Below, piece after piece: positions 26,966 through 37,418 of a stretch of 64,000 nucleotides of DNA (its first letter is position 1; each line of letters begins with the position of its first letter). The stretch is from positions 124,001 to 188,000 of the forward strand of contig QPGO01000011.1 in assembly GCA_008632985.1 (NCBI GenBank). The letters run 5' to 3'. This DNA comes from Psammoneis japonica (Eukaryota). A program made the position numbers and the translations under genes. Below the pieces are notes generated by a model. It was given only the letters and a program-made list of their open reading frames with translations, made no database searches and was not told the DNA's origin.

Positions 26966-27362
26966 GACGCGTTCCAGATGCAGGTGGGAATCCGTGTGAC
27001 ATGGGCCCGCAGAATTCTGCGTGCGAGCTCCGCAGCAAAATCATTGGGCAGTTAATGTGTCAATGACCGCCAACAGAAAATGAGGCAATTTTGCGAATGC
27101 ACAAACTCGCCCATGATTGAAGTGCATCATTTTTCACTTGATGCAGTGCATTCTTCAGACATTGAAGAACAAACCAGGTGCATTGATGTTCCCACAATTT
27201 TGTCAAATGAAACATCTGGGAATTTGCAAAACGGCGAGTCTGGAACAATTTTTTGGAAGATCACACGCAGAAATGCACGTGTGAAACATGCGACGGATGA
27301 CAAAAAATGATTGTGTCACACGTCAGCACTGCGAGCTCCACCACCCAGGGCTGGAATGCGTC
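26966..27362 (+). mobile_element. Divergent MITE-A relative
   Basis: GACGCGTTCCAG...CTGGAATGCGTC termini; internal similarity to MITE-A. Confidence 0.7.
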
Positions 27363-30315
27363 AGGCTGTGACACAAAACAACACACACAAAATGACTCGG
27401 ACAATGGTGTTTTGCCAATTTCAAAAGTGCGGTTGTTTCTGAGGCACTTTGCAGTGTGCTCCACATTTTGCCCTGTGGAACAGATTTTGGGAGTGTTTTC
27501 TGGGTTGCAATGCAAAACAACACGGAAAATGACACAGACAATGGCACTTTGCTGACTTCAAAAATGCGGTTGTTTCTGAGGCACTTTGTGGTGTGCTCTC
27601 AATGGAACATCACACACCATGGCACAAGGTGTGTGACAAGGTCAAGCTTGAGAGTGCGCTGGTTCACATGGGCAGCTGATGGTGAAAAATCATGTTGTTG
27701 AAGGTTTGCATTGACAATGTTGCTTCTGTTGCATCATGACCAACCTCATGCGCTGCCATTCATGTGGTGTGTTTTGTTGAGGCTTTGCATGTTCACAACC
27801 ATTTGACTTGCATGTGCTTTTCCTTTCTGCGTTGCTCTTTTGTTCTGCGGGCTCTGCATTGTCATGAGGCATCCCAGAGACACTTTTTCTCATCAAGAAT
27901 GTCATTTCTGCAATGCGGTGGCCGCAAAAATTCAAAAAGTCACAGACACAGCATCGGAAAAAGTCCATGATGAACATGGCAACTTGGCACTGTGATGTCT
28001 TGAGCTGAGCAAGCTCTCAAGAGCTCAAACTCATCATTGCGCAGATTCAACAACAGCTCTCCCACTCCATGTGGGGATGCAGAGTTTGACTTGGCAGACC
28101 AGTGCATCATGGTGGCTCCAATGGTGCAGATTGCTTCTTTTGGCTGCGCAGCAGTTTGTGACCCAAAAATGTGTGACTCATTTGCCCCATTTGTCAGCAA
28201 GCCAATGTGACAAATGTGGAGGGTGAAGGACAGTTGTGTCAAGTCTCAGAAGCAACTCAAGAGTGCAAGCCAACAAGTGCTGTCAGCTTTGTGATTCAGC
28301 AAGTGAGCATTGAGCGCAATTTGGGGGGCATCACATCTCCATTGTTGCTCTCGAGCAAACAGCAAATGTGTTGATTTGGCTGATGCAGCCAATGTGGTGC
28401 CATGCCTTGACAATCTGTTGTGCTGCATTTTCAGATTGCGGGATGAAAAGAAGTGCTTGCGCTTGCATCGCTCTGCATGACAGAAATGTTTGAGCTTTCT
28501 CAGGCCCTTTTGGGGCAATCAGGGGAGTGAAAGAGGGCAAGTTAAAGAGGAGCTGTCAAAAGATGCAGACAATGCCATTTTGATGCATTGTCATCTGGCG
28601 GTGTCAACGTCATTCATGACAAAGTGCCATGCTTTCTGGCTTTACACTGCATCTGTGTGGGAATGTGAGTGGTTGGCTCTCGGATGGTCTGCACGCAACA
28701 AGTGCACCAGGTGATCTCTGAACTGCCCTCTTGAAGGTCAAACAGCTCCAAACAAAGCTTTGACAAAAAAACTTGGCAGTTGTTGTCAATTTTGCAGTGT
28801 CAGTGTTCGGGTTCAAATTTTTTCCTTTTTTGGGTTCAACCTTTCAATTTTGACCAACTTGGGTTTTAAACTTGAATTTTGAACCCAACTGGGTCCAAAA
28901 TTGCAATTTTTGACCCGCCCCAAAAAAGGGAGGCATGCACTTCTCACAAGGCAGCAGGCAATCTGCGCACATTTCCCATCAGCTTGAGCTGTGCTTGAGT
29001 TGGCGCGCCGCAGTTCTTGGCCCGCTTGTTTTTGGCATGGCCTGGTGCAACCCAAATCTGCACAGGCTTGGCACATTTTGCCCTGTGGAACAGTTTTGGA
29101 GTGTTTTCTGGGCTGCAATGGAAAATGATGTGGACAACGGCATTTTGCAAACTTCAAAAATGTGGTTGTTTCTGAGGGTTTTAAGTTTGGATTTTGAACC
29201 CAACTGCATCCAAAATTGCAGTTTTTGACCCGCCCCAAAAAAGGGAGGCGCGCGTGCTTCTCACGAGGTGGCAGGTGACCTGTGCAAATTTCGCTTTTGT
29301 TGTGTCATGACTGGCCTTGTGCATCGCCATTTATGCTGTGTGCTTTGTTGAGGCTTTGCATGTTTGGAGCCATTTGACTTGCATGTGCTTTCCCTTTTTG
29401 CATTGTTCTTTTGTTCTGCAGGCTCTGCGTTGTCACGAGGCATCCCAGAGACAATTTCTCTTGTCAAGAATGTCATTTCTGCAGTGTGATGGCCATGACA
29501 TTTCAAGAACAAGGCCAAGTCACAGACACAGCATCAGGAAGAGTTCACAACAAATGTGGCAACTTGGCACCACGATGTCTTGAGCTGAACAAGCTCTCAA
29601 GAGCTCTCCCTGCCTCCATGTGGTGATGCAGAGTTTGGCTTGGTGGAGACCAGCACATCATGGTGGCTCCAATGGCACAGATTGCTTCTCTCAGCTGTGC
29701 AGCAGTTCTTGCCAATGCAACAAATTTAGAGGGTGAAGGACAACAAGACAAATGTGCAGTTGTGTCAAGTCTCAGAAGCAGCTCAAGAGAGCAATGGCTC
29801 TTGGCAGTTTCTGCACAAAAAGTGCACCAGGTGATCTCTGAACCACCCCCTCAAAGGCCAAATGGCTCCAATCAAAGCTTTGACAAAGAAACTCAGCAAC
29901 TGTTGTTGGTTTTGCAGCGCCAGTGTTTGGGTTTGAATTTTTTCCTTTTTTGGGCTCAAACTTTCAGTTTTGACCAACTTGGGTTTTAAGTTTAGATTTT
30001 GAACCCGACTGGGTCCAAAATTGCAATTTTTGACCCGCCCTGAAAAAGGGAGCCACGTGCTTCTCACAAGGTGAGCTTTCCCTGGCCCTTTTGGAGCAAT
30101 TGTGTGAGCAAAAGAGGAGCTGTCAAAAGATGCGGGCAATGCCATTTTGGCGCATTGTTGTCTGGTGGTGTCATCATCATTCATGACAATGAAGTGTTGT
30201 TCTTTCTGGTTTTGTGCTGCTTCCTTGCAGGAATGTGTGTGCTTGGCTCTTGGACAGTTTCTGCACAAAAAGCACACCAGGCGATCTCTGGACCACCCTC
30301 TTGAAGGTCAAACAG

Positions 30316-30871
30316 GACGTGTTCCAGCCGCACGTGAACCAAATCATGCACAAAAATGACATTTGCGTGATTTTTGTGTGGCCCCCAACTTGTGATCAAA
30401 CTTTCACCACCAAAAGCATGTGTTCATGCAAATGCAGATGTTTTGCAATACTGACAAGACTCGTGTGAGTGTTGCAACATCATTGTTGTTGTGCTGTCCA
30501 TGTTTTTCATTGCACTGAAAGATTTGCAACACAACGGATGATTTTCGGTGAAAATGTTGCCGTCATTTGGATGTCACCCAAACGCATCTTTCAACGATGC
30601 TGCTTGGCAGGTTTTCTGCCTGCAAAGAAATCTCGCTGTAAATCCACTGACGTGCAATCAGCATTGAGTCTGCTGGGGAAGTTTGTGACACATGTCCCAT
30701 GAGGACTTGAATGCCCAACAAAAAACTGTTTAAATGTCCACACTCCACATGCCTGCAAAAGCCAATCCCCTTGGGCATTTCACATGAAAATGCTCCGCAC
30801 TGCTGCAGGATGCACAATTTACACTCAAAATCGATTGTCATTTTGTGCATCACCTGGGGCTGGAACACGTC
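30316..30871 (+). mobile_element. MITE-B (556 bp)
   Basis: TIR GACGTGTTCCAG/CTGGAACACGTC; 4-bp TSD ACAG interrupting AAGGTCAAACAGCTCCAA. Confidence 0.88.
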
Positions 30872-32335
30872 ACAGCTCCAAGCAAAGCTTCAAGAAACTT
30901 GGCAATTGTTGTCAACTTTGCAGTGTTGGTGTTTGGGTTCAAAATTTTTCTTTTTTGGGTTCAAACTTTCAACTTTGACCAACTTGGGTTTTAAATTTGG
31001 ATTTTAGCCCCAGTTGGGTCCAAAATTGCAATTTTTGACCCGCCAAAAGGGAGGCAAGCGCTTCTCACGAAGCGACAGGAGATCTGTGCACATTTCCCAT
31101 CAGCTTGAGCTGCGCTGTGGTGGGCACACCACAGTTCTTGGCCCGTTCATTTTCTGCCTTGCCTGGTGCAACCCAAATCTGCACAGGCTCAGCACATTTT
31201 GCCCTGTGGAACAGATTTTGGGAGTGTTTTCTGGGTTGCGACACAAAACAACACGCAAAATGACATGGACAACAGCATTTTGCCAACTTCAAAAATGTGG
31301 TTGTTTCTGAGGCACTTTTTGGTGTGCTCTCAATGGAGCATCACACACCATGGCACAAGGTGTGACACAAGATCAAGCTTGAGAGCCCACAGGTTCACAT
31401 GTGGGCAGCTGATGGCGAAAAATCACATTGAAGGTTTGCACTGACAATGTCGCTTCTGTTGTGTCACGACCAACCTCGTGCATTGCAGTTCATGCTGTGT
31501 GCTTTGTCAAGGCTTTGCATGTTTGGAGCCATTTGACTTGCATGTGCTTTCCCTTTCTGCTCTGTTCTTTTTTGTTCTGCAGGCTTTGCGTTGTTGCGAG
31601 GCATCCCAGAGACACTTTCTCTCATCAAGAATGTCATTTCTGCAAGCGCAATGGCCACGACAACTCAAGAACAAGGCCGAGTCACAGACACAGCATTGGG
31701 AAGAGTTCACAACAAATGCAGCAACTTGGCGCCATGATGTCTTGAGCTGAACAAGCTCTCAAGAGCTCAGACACATCATCGCACAGTTTTGACAACAGCT
31801 CTCCCTGCCTCCATGTGGTGATGCACAGTTTGACTCAGCAGACCAGCAAATCATGGCTGCTCCAATGGCGCAGATTGCTTTTTTTGGCTGTGCAGCAGCT
31901 CACAACCCAGAAATGTGTGACTCATTTGCCACATTTGTTGGCAAGCCAATGCAACAAATTTGGAGAGTGAAGGATGAGACAGATGCACAGCAGTTGTGTC
32001 AAGTCTCACAAGCAGCTTTGCAACTCAGCAAGTGAGTGTTGAGAGCAACTTGTGGGGGCATCACATCTCCATTGTTGCTCTGGAGCAAACAGCAAATGGT
32101 GTTGATTTGGCTGCTGCAGCCAGTGTGTGTGCGTGCCTTGACAATCTGTTGTGCTGCACTCTGAGATTGTGGAATGAGAAAAGAAGTGCATGCGCTTGCA
32201 TTGCTCCATCATGACAGAATGTGTCATCTTTCCCTGACCCTTTTGGAGTGTTTGGGTGAGTGAAAGAGGAGCTGTCAAAAGATGCGGGTGATGCCATTTT
32301 GAGGCACTGTTGTCTGGAGGTGTCGACGTCATCAG

Positions 32336-32755
32336 AAAAGAGAGAGCAAAAGCATTGCCAGCCATTGAGGCACGCGTTGCCCACATTCGAAAGGTGGCAG
32401 AATCAAAGCTGCATCTGCTGATTGGACGCCAGCATTCGTGCTGTTTGCACGACTTTTTTGGCGGACAGATGATGGGGGGCATGGCTCAATGAAGCTTGAG
32501 CTTGGATGGGAACAAAGGTGTTGCATTCTGTCAGTTCAATGACATTTCAAACACGAAAGATTGCACTGCAAACTGGTGCTTGAGATTGAATGCGCTGGAT
32601 TTGACAGAAGATCAGAGGCAAGAAATTGTTGATGAGGTGAACTTTGTCTTTGTGCTGAACATCGCAATTTTTGATGAGCTGGAGGGCTCGCCATTGAAGG
32701 CTGTTTTGACCCTTGCATGGAATTCGTTCAAGCACAAAGTCAGTCAGTGCAGCAT
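32336..32755 (+). pseudogene. TpA-hypermutated copy of the heme oxygenase 3' half
   Basis: ARVAHIRKVAESKLHLLIGRQHSCCLHDFFGGQMMGGMAQ* versus AYVARIRKVAESKPYLLIGHQYSRYLGDLFGGQMMGGMAQR; CGA->TGA stop at 32490. Confidence 0.95.
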
Positions 32756-33160
32756 CGAACCAGACCATTGGTGCAGAGAAAAAGCAGCAGGCTGCAGTCA
32801 GTGCTGTGCGCACAGATGTAAATAGTTCAACTCATGTCTCTATGCGTCTGTCATAATGCCAAGAATCTAAAGGGGAAAGAGAGAATGTCTGAAGCCGTTC
32901 TTGGAGATCATGTTTAACTGTGTCTTTGTGAATTCCGAATCGAAAGACTTTTTTAAAAAGGGCAAGGGCAATTGAGAATGTCCTAGGATTCTGAATGCGA
33001 TGACAGAATGACACAGAATGATGACCCGCCGACTGACTCACATCCTTTCCCGCCCTTTCCCCGCCTCATCAACGAAGACCGAGAAATGCTCTGGAAGTGT
33101 GAAGGATTACTGGAGTATATCGCAAAGAAAACACATAAGAAAGTTGATTTGGGAAGAAAC

Positions 33161-33679
33161 ATGAAATCTGCGTTGATATCTCTCTGTCTAGTGATGTTGC
33201 GGTGCGGCACTGGGCGAGCCAAAAAGCACCAGAACGTTTACGGTGGTGATTTATTACCGTGTTCTTCGGAAGGGATGGCTCTTACGGGATTTACGCGTTC
33301 GGGGTATTGCGTTGATGAAAATGATGATATGGGATCTCATCACATCTGTATTGACTTATCTAGTACGGATGGAGGTAATTTTTGTGATGTGACCGGGCAA
33401 GACGATTGGTGTTCATCGGAAATGCCTTGCGATGGCGACTCTGATTCCTATTGCCCAGTGCAGAACTGGTGTGTCTGTCAATGGGCATTCGCGAGTTATC
33501 TCGCCAAAGCTGGTGGGTGCGATCAGATTCAAAACATTGCGTGCGAGTCCATTAATATTCAAGCGATTTGGGCTTACCAGCATGGCAATAGAAAGCATAG
33601 GAAGGCTTTGGCATGTCTCGTGGAGAGATGTGGACTCGACATGACTAACCGCAACTTGCATTCCGAAGAAGTTTTGTAA
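33161..33679 (+). CDS. DUF2237-family protein with signal peptide
   Basis: MKSALISLCLVML signal; NVYGGDLLPCS...TGFTRSGYC...DMGSHHIC...WCVCQWAF pattern. Confidence 0.78.
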   Translation: MKSALISLCLVMLRCGTGRAKKHQNVYGGDLLPCSSEGMALTGFTRSGYCVDENDDMGSHHICIDLSSTDGGNFCDVTGQDDWCSSEMPCDGDSDSYCPVQNWCVCQWAFASYLAKAGGCDQIQNIACESINIQAIWAYQHGNRKHRKALACLVERCGLDMTNRNLHSEEVL

Positions 33680-33787
33680 GTTAACTTGTAGAAGTTTGGC
33701 TGTGGGCGTTCTTCTCTGTCGCTATTTTTGTTGTATCTGTCCTAGAATGTTCTCTACTTTCGCGGATGTCGCCCGATATAGTAGCAA

Positions 33788-36682
33788 CTATGAATTACGA
33801 TTGTCTATGTTCCCGAATCCCTTTTGTCCGTCATCGATTGCCTTCGCCAAAATCAAAAGTGCATCAGAAAGCTTCTGAATCCTGTCGGAGAGGTCTATAC
33901 ATCGATTGTTACTCTCTTCTTTTCGGCTGGAATCATTCTCCGTGCATTGTTGTGTTGTGTTTTTGGCGGTGCGTTTGTCTCCAGAAAAATTATGACCTAG
34001 GGCTTCCGCCAACAGTTCTTCCAGATAGGCTACTAGGGACTGCTCATTAACGGCACCGCAGCTTGATTTTCTGCTCAAAATCATGACATCGCCAGCCACC
34101 TTCCAAAACATTTCTCCCCTCTTCAGCATTTTGACAGACATTTGAATGATGGGGCTTTCTGAATACGAAAGGGGACCAACTTGCGCCTTGAGGCGTTCAT
34201 GAGTGATCAGGTCAAGAGGCGTAAGACCATACTTCTCTTTTGTTTGTAAAATCGACTCGTCTCCCATAGCTAGCGCCGTGTACAAGATACGCTCTAAGTC
34301 TTGAGAATATGTGTATGAAACTTGGTCATTTCGACGCGCTCCCATTGCGGTGTCGCCCAGATTCAAAAGAAGCAGATGAAGGGGTGTCCGGCTGTCAACA
34401 TCTCCTACAGAAAGTAGCTGCGGAAAGTCTTGTATCATGGAAACAATAAGGTCCGCCCATTCAGTAGAGATGGATCCTCCAAGGTCGCCGACAAGCACGG
34501 CGACGCGATGAAGAGTAGACCAGCCCCGTCCGTCTTGTTCGAGTATAGCGTCGGGGTGGTGTTGGTAAAGCAGCTGCAGTGATCGTAACAATGGATCCCG
34601 TTTGTCTTTTCGAAAGGATGACAAAGTTTGCGGGTCTTCCATGACAATGGCCAAAGCAGTCGACCCACGACTATTTGGTACCGCTGAGGCTTCTGGGTAG
34701 GAATTCAGTAGCAATCGAACTGTTTCAACCTGGTACTCACACTCCATCATGTTTGTGCAATCCCTCACCTCTTGAACTGCTTTATGAAGGGGTAAATCGC
34801 CGGCGTTGTTCTTGGCTTGCAAGGCTTCTTGGTGCGATTCAATCAGCATTTCAACTGTCGCGCCCCAGAAGTGATCTGTACCTGCAGATTTGCTAATCCT
34901 GTGAATGGCAAGTTCGCCTTCTTTGTCAACAACTGATGCTGCTCCTGGGTAGATGTTTAGAAGTTGCGATACAATCTTGTGGTTATTCTCGCCAGTATGC
35001 GGAAATGGATATAGCCCATTCGTTGTACAGGCATCATGCAACGGCAAAGAACCCGAGTCTGACTCAATTTGAGCTACAAAAGGGTCCGACTGAAGAATCT
35101 TTTCGACCGCATATGCATCATGCGCAAGACAAGCCAAAGACAGCGGCGTTTTTCCGTCCTTGCCGAGCCCACGCACGGCACCTTGGTTGGCTTCAAACAA
35201 AGTATCAAAGACAACCCTTCGACTCGCAAGGCTAAAGGTAGTCTCGTTGATGGCGCTTTTCCAAACAATATGGAGGGGTAAATCTCCGTCGTTGCTGATT
35301 TTGGAAGAGCATGTTGGATCCAGTTTAAGAGATTCATTGAGCAACTTTTTCATATCGACAGCTGTTAAGAACAACGGCCCGTTCTCTACCAACGCATGGA
35401 TTGAAGACAATGTAGTTTCGTCCACTGGGCAAATCGCTTTTGGGTTGAGTTTAACCAACAAGGATTGAACCCGAAAAGGAGCACTAACAGTAATCGCATT
35501 ATGCAGGGGTAGCTGGTTGGTCTCGGGGTCCTTGATGTTGGCCGCATCAGGAAATGCTTTGAGAAGCTTGATGATGATTTCTTCCACATGAGCCGCAGAA
35601 CTAATTGTAGCGTCATTGGAGAAGTCAAAAGATGCCATGACAAGATGCAGAGGTAGGAATCCGTCAGACGTAGGTTGCTTTGCGCCTTGAGGATTCGACT
35701 CTAGCAGTAGATCCACAATTTCACCATTTAGATCTCCGCCTTGACACGCGTAATGGATAGGCAAGTATCCAAACCCATCTCGAACGTGGGCGCTCTTGGG
35801 GTATGCTTGCAAGAGTGAGGATACAATTTCTTTTGACGTGCAGCATGTGGACAGCGCTGTATGAATGGGCAACTGTCCTACACGATTGATGAGCTTGGCA
35901 GCTTCTGGTAGACCGTCCAAAAAGGCGGTGTAAATTGTGTTGTTGACAATCGAGGGAGATACTGCGTAGTGAAGCAGAGTGTTCCCTTCTGTCTCGTCCC
36001 GATATTCTAATGCGCCACTTTTATCCAAATCCACGGCATATCGTACCGCATCGGGTGAAGTTCGACCGTACTTGGCCATAATGACAAGAGGCGTCTCGTC
36101 GTCTTCGTCCGGAACGGACAAGGTTTCGGGTCCCTGTTGGATCAAATATTGAATCACAGGCATGGCGTGTGGAACATCCCCGCCCCACACTGCCAAGTGA
36201 ATGGGTAGAGACCCGTCTTGGTCTGGATTGCGTACTGCGTTTGGATTGGCCTGGACGAGTGCTTCAATAATGTCGAGTGATGACAGAGGCGTCGTGGTGG
36301 CAGCGTGCAGTGCAAGCCGATCTTGGGAGTCCTTCTCTTGAACTGCGTGTGGGTTTGCTTTGAGAAGCGCATCAATTATAGACAATGGGGGTGGATTTGT
36401 TGAATAAAGAGCCACGTGTAAAGGCAGCCTCATTTGCATATCCTGCAATGCCGAAGCGTGCGGATTCGTATGTAACAAGGCCAAAACCAGTTCGATTTGA
36501 CCCTTGGACATTTCTTCTTGGTTCAGCTCTGTCTGAATTCCTTCATGCTTTGGTAAATCAACGGAAAAGGCTTCATGCAATGGCAAATGTCGCGTTATGA
36601 TTTTGCCCGCATCGTTTCGCTTTTCAATCAAGACAAAGCTTCGTCGGGTGCTTGTTGTAGCTGCTTTTGTGCTTCTAACCAT
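33788..36682 (-). CDS. Ankyrin-repeat protein (~960 aa; probably extends 5' to ~36870 across a frameshift)
   Basis: Many G-x-LPLH-x-A...LL-x-x-x-P repeats. Confidence 0.88.
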   Translation of the reverse strand: MVRSTKAATTSTRRSFVLIEKRNDAGKIITRHLPLHEAFSVDLPKHEGIQTELNQEEMSKGQIELVLALLHTNPHASALQDMQMRLPLHVALYSTNPPPLSIIDALLKANPHAVQEKDSQDRLALHAATTTPLSSLDIIEALVQANPNAVRNPDQDGSLPIHLAVWGGDVPHAMPVIQYLIQQGPETLSVPDEDDETPLVIMAKYGRTSPDAVRYAVDLDKSGALEYRDETEGNTLLHYAVSPSIVNNTIYTAFLDGLPEAAKLINRVGQLPIHTALSTCCTSKEIVSSLLQAYPKSAHVRDGFGYLPIHYACQGGDLNGEIVDLLLESNPQGAKQPTSDGFLPLHLVMASFDFSNDATISSAAHVEEIIIKLLKAFPDAANIKDPETNQLPLHNAITVSAPFRVQSLLVKLNPKAICPVDETTLSSIHALVENGPLFLTAVDMKKLLNESLKLDPTCSSKISNDGDLPLHIVWKSAINETTFSLASRRVVFDTLFEANQGAVRGLGKDGKTPLSLACLAHDAYAVEKILQSDPFVAQIESDSGSLPLHDACTTNGLYPFPHTGENNHKIVSQLLNIYPGAASVVDKEGELAIHRISKSAGTDHFWGATVEMLIESHQEALQAKNNAGDLPLHKAVQEVRDCTNMMECEYQVETVRLLLNSYPEASAVPNSRGSTALAIVMEDPQTLSSFRKDKRDPLLRSLQLLYQHHPDAILEQDGRGWSTLHRVAVLVGDLGGSISTEWADLIVSMIQDFPQLLSVGDVDSRTPLHLLLLNLGDTAMGARRNDQVSYTYSQDLERILYTALAMGDESILQTKEKYGLTPLDLITHERLKAQVGPLSYSESPIIQMSVKMLKRGEMFWKVAGDVMILSRKSSCGAVNEQSLVAYLEELLAEALGHNFSGDKRTAKNTTQQCTENDSSRKEESNNRCIDLSDRIQKLSDALLILAKAIDDGQKGFGNIDNRNS

Positions 36683-37418
36683 TGTTTTTTCTCAATCAAG
36701 TGATAAAGAGTTGAATAAGGTTCGACCGATCTGACAGCTATGTTTCCATCCTTCAACGGGTCGTCTGGTTGTGAAGCTACCAGTGCCAGGAAGGTCATTA
36801 TCACGATCGTCCAAAAAGACAGTAACTCGCGACTGCCATTTTGTCTTTGTTGAAACCGCAAACAACCGCTCATTTTTTTGCTTTTCAAAAGGCTCCAGAG
36901 CTGAATAGTGCCGATAAATTCGAAGTTGGTCAATCAAATTCAGCCATAGATTCAATATGGATTGCTATTTTCAGCAGCGACAGTGGAGAAGGGAACGGGA
37001 AGCAGCGAAAATAGAAAAAATAGGAAGAATTTGAGAAATGTGAGGAGCGTTGGGTTGTGTCGCGCGGTCATTCAACGGCTGCACTATCAAAACATTAGAG
37101 GTAATAGTCCTTATTTCATCATCAAATCTTTTAAAAAGTGCAAGACATTAATTTTACTCCAGTCATTAATGAATCATTAAAATCCATAACGGACGCAGTG
37201 CGGACAACAGCAGACGCGCACACGTCACATCATCAGGTGGTGGATTCCAAAAGACCCGGAGATTATTTTCCGCGGCGAGCGGCGAGCGCGACGAGCGACG
37301 AGCGACGACGAGCGACGAAGCAAAACAAGACCATGACGAACGAGAACGACGGGAAAAGCAAAGCACAGCAAGCAGATTAAGCATACTGTAAGATCAAAAC
37401 ACAAGACGACAACTTAAC

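Larger units (their letters stand above)
3335..32335. mobile_element. ~29-kb TpA-depleted inserted/repeat block: left arm, coding core, right arm
   Basis: Abrupt switch from host-gene homology to repeat units at both ends; near absence of TA; no recognisable transposase, so the element class is unknown. Confidence 0.7.
21290..32335 (+). repeat. Right arm: same modular repeat, direct orientation relative to the left arm
   Basis: Marker at ~22206, 24087, 26231, 26681, 28832, 29952, 30957; 4790-6500 recurs at ~22375-24500 and ~9000-10560 at ~24300-25870. Confidence 0.88.

Noticed and set aside
5900..31300. CRISPR array
   Set aside because: Units are long, degenerate and lack unique spacers; eukaryotic context, no cas genes
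3335..32335. Hundreds of overlapping 60-250-aa Cys/His-rich ORFs as real genes or zinc-finger proteins
   Set aside because: By-product of TAA/TAG loss and TG/CA enrichment in repeated modules; frames are not conserved between copies
2610..32815. Classical RIP or 5mC deamination as the cause
   Set aside because: These are C->T processes and RIP generates TpA; here TpA is destroyed by T->C/A->G
1790..34498. Diversity-generating retroelement or ADAR-edited retrocopy
   Set aside because: Changes at TA are transitions on both strands, include intergenic DNA and span 30 kb; no reverse transcriptase seen
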